Position numbers and translations under genes: made by a program. A stretch of DNA of 64,000 nucleotides from Vicugna vicugna (taxonomy: Eukaryota), in NCBI GenBank assembly GCA_013265495.1, contig MU058478.1, positions 390,032 to 454,031 on the forward strand, written 5' to 3'. This document shows positions 53,783-64,000 of this stretch, piece after piece. Below the pieces are notes generated by a model that was not told where the DNA came from, made no database searches, and worked only from the letters and a program-made list of their open reading frames with translations. The number at the start of each line of letters is the position of its first letter. Position 1 is the stretch's first letter.

Positions 53783-53816
<34 letters not shown>
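53783..53816. repeat. (TG)n microsatellite
   Basis: About 17 perfect units. Confidence 0.97.
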
Positions 53817-53818
<2 letters not shown>

Positions 53819-54557
53819 TCATGGTTTGGAGGGCTGGACCTGGGTGGGAGTTGGACATCTATTCCTAGGGGCTAACAGAGGCCCTGGGGTGTATTACACT
53901 CAACCCCAGGGCCCTGGAAATGAAGAAGGAAGCTTCAGGATCCCAGACGCCAGCTCAGCTTTGTCAGTATCTCCATGAAACTGAAAATCATTGTTTTAAA
54001 GGGCGAGCAGTTGGAGACGCCTTTGAATGATCATGTTACGATTCATTCGTATCCAGTTCCAGTGACTTGCTGAGAAAGTAACTCCATAACAAGGGAACAA
54101 TCTGGGGTTTTTCCAGTCCCTAAAAACCAGCAGGCTGCTGAAGGGAGCCCCGAGTTCTGCCCTTTGTACCATGCTCCAACTTAAACCTGACATCCTGTGG
54201 GGTTTCAGCCGATCAGCAGCAAAGCATGCATGGTGTTCAACGGAACACCAAAAGGGCTAGGTTCTTCCTAGGAAATACTTGAGTTTTCACAACGTTCTCA
54301 ATTGCACAGGGTTTGTCTGTGAAGAATTTCGATTAAGTTGAACGAGATCGGTTCTCAAATCTCAGTTGCTTGTAAGTGATGAGAACTTAAATCAGCTCTT
54401 CCCGTAATCTGTCAACGAGGAGCATGAAGGGCCCTCGGCGATGGAAGGCATTTAAAGATGTGGTTGTTGGATATATTTCTAGAAGCATTTCTGGTCCTGG
54501 CCCTCAACAGAAAGGTCCACAAAGAGGTCTCTGGATGCAAAATTGCAAATGTTCGCC

Positions 54558-54712
54558 TATGTTAGCTATCAATCACTGCACAGCAAATTGCTCCCAAATA
54601 ACTCACTGTGTTTCCCTGAGTCACGACTTTGGGAGCGGTGAAGCTGGGTGGTTCTGACTCCATGTATTGCATGGGGTGTCAGTGAAGATCCTGGCTGGGC
54701 CAGCAGTCACGA
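54558..54712. mobile_element. MLT1-like LTR fragment
   Basis: tgttagctatcaatcactgcacagcaaattgctcccaaa...tttgggagcggtgaagctgggtggttctgactc. Confidence 0.5.
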
Positions 54713-54986
54713 ATGAATACATATTTCGATACTATAGTGAAGTGAGAGTGGGAAGCCATTAGCAGCTTCTTGAGAACTACATGCATCCGCTAAACCACAA
54801 TCCTTAAATAGCAGTCAGAAGTGGCCTTCAGTGAGATGAGAAAGCTTCCTGGTGGAAATCTGAGGAGTCACTGACATCATTCTTGTCCGTGTTAGCTGAT
54901 CAAATGGTATCACTTACCCACCTGCCCTGCACCTACTGAGTGAGGGGTGGACACACGTTTTCCAGATAGTTTAAGAGTTAATGGGC

Positions 54987-55600
54987 ATCCCAGTGATAAC
55001 AGCAGCACTATTTACAATAGCCAAGTCATGGAAACAACCTACATGTCCATTGACAGATGACTGGATAAAGAAGAGGTAGTATATTTATATAATGGAATAT
55101 TATTCAGCCATGAAAAATGACAACAGACCACCATTTGCAGCAACATGGATGTCCCTGGAGGATGTCATTCTAAGTGAAGAAAGCCAGAAAGAGAAAAAAA
55201 AATACCATATGAGATCGCTCATATGTGGAATCTAAAAAAAAAAAGAAAAAGAAGACAAATGAACTTAAATATAAAACAGAAACAGACTCACAGACATAGA
55301 ATACAAACTTGTGGTTGCTGAGAGAAAGGACAGACTGGGAGTTCAGAATTTGCAGATACTGACAGGTGTATATAGAATAGATAAACAAGATTATCCTGTA
55401 GAGCACAGGGAAATATATACAAGATCTTGTGGTGGCTCACAGCGAAAAAGAATGTGACAATCAATGTATGTATGTTCATGTATGACTGAAAATTGTGCTC
55501 TACACTGGAAATTGACACAACATTGTAAACTGACTATAACTCAACAAAATTAAAAGTATTTGTATAGAAAATAAATTGGGATGAGAAATTGAAAAAAAAA
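54987..55600 (+). mobile_element. L1 3' end with a short extra 3' segment
   Basis: A 14-bp TSD aagagttaatg(g/a)gc at 54973-54986 and 55601-55614 encloses the L1, 36 bp of extra sequence and a poly-A run. Confidence 0.93.
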
Positions 55601-57237
55601 AAGAGTTAATGAGCTAAAAGGGAGTTCTGAATATATATTCCTTCTGAATCGCCACTGTGGGTGACGTCTGCTCTTTCTCATACTCACGAGAGAGTCTCAG
55701 AAAAGATACTTATAATGGGCTCTGAACATGGACACTTAAAAGAAAATCATTAAAAAACAAGAGACAATAAAAAAATCACCAAGAAGATATTGTTCTTTGT
55801 CACTGCCTGGATCCCGGCTCAAGAAATAGTGTTTCCGCTTGATTGGGACATGCCTGGCTTTCAGAGAGTTTAGAAGCATTTTTAAGAGAGTCTGTGTAGC
55901 CCATTCTTAAAAAAAAAAAAAGAATGAATCAAAACAGCAGAAATTAACTCCCCAACACATTACTATAAATTGACAAAAGCGCAATTTTGTTACAGTTGAT
56001 TTAATTTCCCGCCGCAAATCTAAAGTATCTCAGAGTATGTGTGTGTATCTCATCTAAAATCTTACAACACACACGCAGTTTTAAAATCATGGATCATTTC
56101 TCAGCTATGTGTCCAGAATCAGGTAAATTTTTTGTGTATATTATATATATCTCCTTGAACATGGGTTTTTTTTTCTCCTACGGGAAAGAATGACTTTCCT
56201 GTTATTGCTCAAGGTCATTTCAAGAGTTAAATAAAATATGGCATTCGCTGTGACCTCTAATATACGGAGCCAGGAAAGACATTGACTTTTGTCCTCAAGG
56301 TGATGAGGGACTGCAGGTCGTTCCAAAAAAAAAGGTGGCGGGGGGGGACATGTAGGGACTTTTGTTTGAAGGCAAAACAGAAGAAAGGAGACTGTCCTCG
56401 CCTGGACGGGAGCTGGGTGGCATCGACAGGGATGTGCTTTGGGTCTGGATGATCGCCGCCCTTGACCTTGAGGAAGCCTCCGCTCCCTGAAGCCCCATCC
56501 ATCCTCCGCGGGGCGAGTGTTCTCTTGAGGGCGATGCTCTGTGGCAGGCGAGGGGGAGAAACCCAGCCATGTGACATGTCCCTCTGGTCAGATGTTCCTC
56601 GTCAGTGGATCCAAACAGCTGCGATGCCTCGTAATGACATTGAAATGACTGCAGACCCTGAACCCTTTCCCTCCGCACTGAGGAATCTTCTGGACCCTTC
56701 CTGGTGCCCCCGCGGGGGGGGGGGGTTCTATGTTCCATTTCTCTCTCTCCACTGTCATATTCTGGTGAGAAGGCCACTAAATATAGTCTTTAAAAAAAAA
56801 TCCGTGACACTTGACAAATGGGTTAAAATGCAGGGAGGGAATATTTGGCTGATTACATACTGTAGCATAAACAAAGGCTGCAAAACCTTGCGTTAAGGGC
56901 ATGGAAGGAAATGATCCTCATTCCTTCTGCACTTGAATACTGAGACCCAGAGCTGGCAAGCCGAATGGCAGTAAATCTGACAGAAACTGTGTGATGAGAG
57001 TGAGCAAGTCCAGGCTACATAATGAGCAGAGCAGACACCTTCCTCCAGGAGGGACACACGGCAAAGTGATGGAAATCATTGTTACTAACAACCTAGTTTG
57101 CGACTCTGCGTCCCCAGACGAAAGGCGAGGCTCTTAGCGAGGCCACCATAGATCCCATTTATCATGGAAGCGTTTCCCCTCCAGGTTCCTCAGACCCCAG
57201 CATCCTAATTTCTTCATTTTTTTTTTCAGTGATCTAT

Positions 57238-57472
57238 TTTTTTAATTGAAGTGAAGTCAGTTTACAATGTCGTGTTAATTTCTGGTGCGCAGCACAGCGC
57301 TTCGGTCACACATACATATGTTCATTTTCATATTCTTTTTCACCATGAGCTACTATAAAATCTTGAATATATTTCCCTGTGCTACACAGTATAAACTTGT
57401 TTATCTATTTTATATATACCAGTCAGTATCTGCAAATTTCGAACTCCCAGTTTATCCCTTCCCACCCCCCCC
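57238..57472 (-). mobile_element. L1 3'UTR fragment
   Basis: ttttttaattgaagtgaagtcagtttacaatg...gaactcccagtttatcccttcccaccccccc, with a degenerate flanking repeat ttcttcatt...cagtga on both sides. Confidence 0.92.
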
Positions 57473-58032
57473 ATCTTCTTCATTCTTCCCCACAGTGACT
57501 GGATGCTGTGACTCTTGGCATGTTGCCGAGAACCCTCCCTGCTGGTGCAGCTCTGTCTTGTGAATGAAGTTTGCGACTCCCTCACTTGCCAGTGTCAGTT
57601 TCAGTTGATTAAATACAGCATTATTGTAGCAACATGTGGCAGGTGACATGGAGCGGATTTATGGAATGTATCTTGGGACTCCGTCCTCCGTCATCAAACA
57701 GGGGACTTGCTGTGAGGCTGTCTGTCGGTGCCCACGCAGACCCCCACCGGCAAGGTGGTTAATGCAGCGGGGCCCGTCTTCAACAATAGATTATAGTATC
57801 GAGTTGTTTTTATCAATGTTGCTAATGTTCGGACTTGTCTTGTTCACCTTTGAATGCCAGGGTTCTAGAAACCGGCTGCAAGCAACTGTGTCCTGAAAAA
57901 TAGGCAACCATCTTGAGTTATTAAATTCCAAATTCCTGAGTCCTTATTTTAATGCATTTAAAAGAAGGCTGATAATGAGATATTTTAAATGACTCACGCA
58001 GCATTTCTCATAAGATAAAGTCATAATGGCAA

Positions 58033-58443
58033 AGTCAACTGAAAAAAAAATGCACAAGCTAAAAGTTGAGAATTGTGGTTTATTTAGCCAACATTCTGAG
58101 GACTCAGATCGCTCTAAGGGGCTGCTCTGAAGAAATAAGGGAGGAGCCAGGACATACAGGAGTGTCTGCAACAAAGACCAGGTTGTCGGAACATCAAAAG
58201 ATGACTGTTAATTAAAGAAAACCAGGCATCACAAGTTAAGGGATTGAGCACTTTGTAAGGGAAGGTTCAAAGGTCTGGGCTCATTGAAATCATTCCTTTG
58301 ATGTGCACCTGAGCTCTCCAGGGCCAGCGTCCTGTCAGATCCTGTCCTGAGTCCCCTCTGGGGCACCATCGGGGGCAGCGGGAGTGGCTTCATGGCTGGA
58401 GCATCCTTGTTTACTGATACTGCAGGCACGCTTTTCAGTCACA
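58033..58443 (-). mobile_element. ERV1-type solo LTR, same family as 41672-42223
   Basis: Colinear reverse complement. The ends correspond (tgtgactgaa.../tgtgaatgag... and ...tgcattttttttcagtt/...tgcacttttttcagtt). Confidence 0.85.
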
Positions 58444-60594
58444 ATGAGAACATCAAACAATGAACATAAGATACGCCGTGGGTCCCTCCCCTGGAAGAAA
58501 GGTGGGTCACACCTGGCACATTCTCGTCAGTGACACACAGAATTCTGCGGCCACGTGCGTAGACACTGGCATTAGTGATCCTCAACTTTCTCCCCATTCC
58601 ACCAAGAAAGGTTTCTCCGGTCGTGCCCTGCATTTAAATTGACCAGAAAACCAAGAAACTCATCCTCTTGAAGGGTCTTTTCATCTTGCTTCCATTGTCT
58701 TCCCCAAGTTTCTTCATTTGTCAAGAAGGCCGTCACTCCCGTCCTGTCGTAAATCTGAGTGAGTGAACACCCTGCATTCATCACAGGTTTTGTTTCACTG
58801 GAATCTGAGCAGCTTTCTTCCTTTCTGAGGCCATTTGTTTGCTGTTTGCAACAACAGATTGATTAATCAAGTTTCCTGTCCTGCGCTTCGGTGATTTATG
58901 ATTTGTTTTCCTACGGCATTTTGAATTCCAGGTCTCATCAGCTAAATTATATTTTTGGATCCTAACAAAGCATTAAATTACATATTAAAAATTAAGCAGC
59001 TGTCTGCTCATCATATCATCACTCACGCTCCCCTGTTCTGGAGGAGAGGAGAGGGGGCCAGAACGAAATGGAAAGAGCCAATGCGTTCGCCTTCCTCAAA
59101 AATGACTTTCCTTAAAAGTGCACCATATTTTAGGCATTGGAAGAAGCAGTTTCAGAAAGAAGTTGACCTTCTTTCATGGAAACTCAAGGGGCAAAGCAAC
59201 AGATTGAGTGCTCTTCTGAGAGTCTTCAATGTTCAGAGACCTTCTCTGAAGCAGAGAATTGAACGTAATTGTGGATACGGGCACCCTGCTTCTGATCTCT
59301 CTCACCCTCGTACTCCTACGAAGACGTGTGTCCTTTGATTACCTCCTGGTGTTATCCAGGCTGCCATGTCACCTCTTGGGGATTTGACCGAAACATTCAG
59401 ATGGGCAGAAATGTCCTGAAGTGTATTAAGGGAGTGTCCTGGTCCTATAAAATTATCTTTCTCTAGAAAAAAAATCCATCTTTTACTTACTCCAAACGAA
59501 ACACATGCGATGGAGGGCCAGCTAAGTCAAAGAAATCATTTTCCCGTGTTGTCATTTTTGTGCTGAGTTCAGCACATTATTCCAGCTTTCATGCTTTCCT
59601 GGGGCTGTCAATCAATATTTTCCTTCTAAATAATTGTTTGGGAAGGTAATTAGTGAATCAAGATCTTTCCATTGGAATTTAGATTTAACGTGGACACAGT
59701 ATCAACATGGACCCACTTCCATCTCAAGCTTACAGCTCATCAGAGAGTTATTGTTATCACTTCTATGTAAAATAAAGGTCGCGTTGTATAATTTTCATAT
59801 ATAGAAACATAGTAGAATGTGCTTTACTCCATTTAAGAATCTCAGTCAGTGATGCAATTTCTCGGTGCCCTTTATTTTATTTCCTTGCGGTAACACTTGC
59901 TTTTGTGTTGTAAGATGACGGCGTGCTGTGTCGTGGAGAGACATCTTGACTTTGGAATTAGACAGTGACAGGATGTGATCAACTGCACCTCAGATTTCAA
60001 GTTGTCCTCAGTAAAATGGGAAGAATCCAAACACGTAGAGTCGTTGGGCAAGTAAATAAATCTCTGATCATTCTTAGCATAACAGCATAACGGAATAACC
60101 AAAATCTTACTATCATTATGAAGAGGATTCACTTTTTCCTAACTAAGATGTGAATAGATTGAGAAGTATTGACCAGGGAGGTCAGAATAACACCATTAGT
60201 ATCATCATAGTGGTGCTGAAACTCTCAGTGTTGTGATGGAAGCAGACTCAGGCACACGGGAGCAGAGGACCCCCCGCTCCCAGGATGCTGGTACCGTCCA
60301 GGAGACTCAGAGGCAGAGCAAAGGAAGACGGGGAGAAACCGGTGCTGCGCGACCTGCCCCAGACGTGGCCCTTCTCCCCTTGTCCCCACTGCCCACCCTG
60401 CGAGGCTGAGCTGAATGGATTAAGGGTCAGATTTCTTCTTCGCTGGGTTTTAGCCGATGAGGAGCCTTAGGAGGATGCAAAGAAGGAACAGAGATAAGTG
60501 AGTATCTATCACGTGATCAGCTCAGGCAGGTTGAGTCATTTTCCTGAAGGACAATGTTCTTCTCATTCTTAATAAGACGGTTAGTTGCACATGA

Positions 60595-61651
60595 TGCTTT
60601 AGCCAGGGCTCTCCAGAGAACATAACCAACAAGACTGTCCTGTGCATTCACCTGTGGGTACCATACCTGTATCTGTTAGAGCGGAGAAAGGGGGCATGGG
60701 CCAAATGGCAGAAAACCATGCATCTTGTGAACCATGTGTGTCCTTGGGCAGACAGAACAGCAGGAACCTTGGCACTGATAAGAAATCACACATTTTGGGG
60801 TAACAAGCAAGTGTCCTGGAGGCAGACAGAGAAAGGCAGGGAAAGGCAGGAATCTCCAGTGTCCGAGTGTAACCTGTTGCTCATTCTGCCCTCATTTCAA
60901 TAACATTAGCCTTGCAGATCAGAAGTCCCCATCCTGCAGCAACGCCATGACACGTCTGATCCAGACTAAATAAGGACAAAAATCCCTCCTCCTCTCGGGA
61001 AGGGGGAGCTGGGATGGAAATCAGGGAACATGACCCCAAACCCCTACCTCCCCAATCAATATTCCGCCCATTCATTTTTACACCACATGTAACCAACTTG
61101 CCAAAGAAACAGGGCAGCTGCTCACCTGAGTCTGCCCGCTCTCCCCTTGAGAACATCCTGTCACCTAATAATAAATCCTCACTTTGCTTTCTTGACCTCA
61201 GTGTCTTGTCTCTAAATTCATTCTGCAACAAGAGAAGAACCTACTCTTCATAACATATGCATATATCTATAGAGAGACAGAGAGAAAGACAGGGAGAGAT
61301 GATGGATTTTGAGAAATCAGTTGATGTGATGTGGAGGCTGGTGACTCCAAACTCCGCAGGGCAGCCGGCGAGCCAGACAGCCAGGGTGTCCCTGACATTA
61401 CCCCCTCTTAGCTGAGGGCCACCTGGAGGAAGACCCCCTTCCTCCTCAGGGGACAGCCATCTTTCCTTTCAGTGCTTTACTGATTGGAAGAACTGTATTC
61501 ACATCACGAAAGGCCATCTGCCCTACTCACCGTCTACTGATTCAAATGCTAAGCACAACCAGACAATTCCTTCACGGTGACATCTGGGCCGATGTCTGAA
61601 CAGAAACTGACACCAGGGCCTAGACAAGCTACCTATAAAATTAGCCATGAC
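60595..61651 (-). mobile_element. MLT2-type LTR split by a younger LTR
   Basis: Starts ttagccagggctctccagagaacataaccaac. It resumes at 61256 with (TA)/(GA) repeats and ggaggctggtgactccaa..., and ends aaaattagccatgaca. Confidence 0.82.
60674..61255 (+). mobile_element. Solo ERV LTR (582 bp) nested in MLT2
   Basis: Inverted termini tgtta...taaca, AATAAA at 61170-61175, and flanks tatc/tatg (4-bp TSD with 1 mismatch). Confidence 0.8.
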
Positions 61652-63014
61652 ACGGTCTTTCCCACTGGCTCCCAGCAAACCACGCCCTCCCATCATGTCT
61701 TTGGGGCCAGGCATGATGACAGCTTGGCCACCACTGGTTTTGCACTATGACTTGTGTTCCACCAGACTCCAGCCTCGGCGAGAGTTCACTGCATAAGCAA
61801 ACCTCCTCGAGGCATCGCACTTTTCATGTACTGACTGCTTTTCCTCAAACCTCTCGCAAACATAATTTTTGGTTTTTGAATAGACCCCGGGATACAGGGA
61901 CTTGAAATAAAACTCTGACATTTCCCATACGTATATAATCATATGTAATAAAAGAACCATGATTCAGCTGCATATAATATGAGGCATAATCCCTGAGTGG
62001 GAGGATGGGAAATCGGTGATTTATGCTACACGAGGGCCATATTGAATTACAATTATCACTGAAGTAGCGTGAGAGGAAGGGCAGGTGGAAATGAAGGTGA
62101 CAGGAGCTCACATGGCCATCCTATGTCATTGCTAAGGGAAAAAAAAAATTAGAGCCTTCACATAGAAAAAGAGAAATGGAAAAAATTCTGAACATAAGGA
62201 AGCTGGAGGAAATCCCAGAGGCTCTCACGGCAACTTTGAAAAAGTCGTCCGTCTCCCAGGTGGCTCTGAGGTAACTTCACCGATGTTCCAGATGCCACAT
62301 CTTGGGTGATGCTCTTTCGCTAGTTTTGTGCATCACAAGAGCAACGATTTCCTGGTGAGATGTGCCCAGTTTACCTCACTTCTTTAGGTCCATTTGCATT
62401 TTCCATCTTTACTAATGGCATTGCCGTCTTGCATCACCCATCAGCGGAAAACCACAATTCCTTGAAAGCAAGCCTGCTCCCTTCACCATATAATTAATTA
62501 AAAAGTTAATTAATATCAAGTGTATTGCTGGCCTGTGACACTTCATTAAACGCTTCCTTCCTGGACACACTGTCATTTATTTGAGTCGTTATTAATGGTC
62601 TTTGAACATCAATTCTTTTTAATGTCAAAACTCGTCTTTAACCCGCACTGAATTAATTTTGCAGGTGAAGCTTCGTTCATCCAAAGGTTATTGAATTAAT
62701 TATTGGTTAAATGCCATTGATCGTCTTCTGATACCTGGGCTGAGTTTGGTTTTGACTACCCTCAGACCCCAGATACTGGCATGGCAATCCAAAACTTACC
62801 AGGCAACTTTCTGTCTTAGCTTTTACTATGTATATTTTTTACATTTTATATTTAATGTATGGAGCAAAGTACCCTTCATTCACAACATCTTTATTGAGAA
62901 TTCCCACAACCTCCTTGACGTTACAGAATCTTAAACATCTTTTGTATATTTCCCTGTATTAAAATATGTAATATACTTAATAATACAGGTTTAATATCAT
63001 ATAAAATATGATAT

Positions 63015-63138
63015 ATATAGGGATGCTGAGGGCCGAGGGGGATATATATGTGCGTGGGAAGGGCTCTGTGCGAACTCTGTATTTTCTGCTCAGTTCTGCT
63101 GTGAACCTGAAACTGCTCTAAAAAATAAAGTCTATTAA

Positions 63139-63193
<55 letters not shown>

Positions 63194-63200
63194 ATATAAA
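63015..63200 (+). mobile_element. Old L1 3' terminus with (AAAT)n tail
   Basis: gaactctgtattttctgctcagttctgctgtgaacctgaaactgctctaaaaaataaagtctatt followed by (aaat)n. Confidence 0.85.
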
Positions 63201-63417
63201 ATTATATATAAAAAATATATATATGTAATTTTATGTTGGTCCTCTTCCACAGGCTTTATATCTCTGGGAACTTGGGGTTGCGTTCTTCGTGGCCCCCACT
63301 TCTCCTCGGAGACAATACATCTTCCTTCTTGTTCAGTCCATCTGTACACCTCCAAACATCACCCCTCTATCTGCCATCTCTGTCCCCTGATTCCTTTTTA
63401 AAACTTTCTTTAAATCT

Positions 63418-63563
63418 TTATTTATTTATTTTTTTCTAGCAGGAGGTAATTAGGTTTCTTGGCTTGTTTATTTACTTTTATTTATTTATTCATTGATGCT
63501 TGACGGAGGGACTGGGGATGGAACCTGGGACCTCGTGCCACCGAGCTGTTACCCAACCCCTCC
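63418..63563 (-). mobile_element. Second Vic-1-type SINE with an internal deletion
   Basis: The reverse complement reads ...cagctcggtggcacgaggtcccaggttccatccccagtccctccg...aacctaattacctcc. About 20 bp around the anticodon arm are missing relative to the 34049 copy. Confidence 0.85.
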
Positions 63564-64000
63564 CTTGTGCCTTTGAACGCCTTATCACGTTATGTTTGCT
63601 GCTGTCTTCGGGGCACGTGTCCCCTCACACCCCAAGCCTGGGGCAGGGGTGGATATGCCCCAAGTGGACCAGCCTGCACAGCGGACACCCTTTCCTGCTG
63701 CTTCCAAGGGCCCCCCTCCAGATGGAGCCGGTGCACGGCCACACTGCCAGGCTCAATCCAGTGCCTTCAACTCCTTCCTCCTTGCTTTTGCTCCCTGGGT
63801 TATCTCAGCCATCTTCCCACCTTGTATGGTCATCTGGTGTTGATCCCTGATCCCTCTGTCTCCAGCATGTCTTCTTGGATGTCACAGGCAACCAACCATA
63901 ACATGCCCACAAGATAATTGTCCCCACCCACCCTCGACTCCGAACCCACTCTCACCCCCGTCTTCTCCAATTTAGTTCTCAGGAAGGGAAGGTCCCACCC

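Overview
This is 64 kb of mammalian non-coding DNA, intergenic or deep intronic. It is most likely from a camelid (alpaca, llama or camel), judged from tRNA-Ala-derived Vic-1-type SINEs, a recurring young L1 subfamily, and the absence of Alu, BovB/Bov-tA or PRE-1 elements. I found no protein-coding exon, RNA gene or CRISPR array that I can support. The long ORFs in the track are artefacts of (GATA)n and (CAT)n repeats or of L1 3' ends. The window is a mosaic of 5'-truncated L1s of several ages, solo LTRs (MLT2, MLT1A, MER34-like, MER21-like and ERV1-type), the DNA-transposon relics MER82 and MER5A, MIR and L2 remnants, and four unusually long tandem arrays. Repeat family names come from my recall of consensus sequences and need confirming with RepeatMasker or Dfam. 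The most notable structures are: (1) a ~100 bp, ~91% identical inverted duplication enclosing ~1.7 kb; (2) an L1 with a probable 3' transduction; (3) clustering of L1 truncation points at the G-rich 3'UTR tract; (4) nested insertions in MLT2 microsatellites; (5) several candidate enhancers. I do not see evidence for a new multi-gene biological system.
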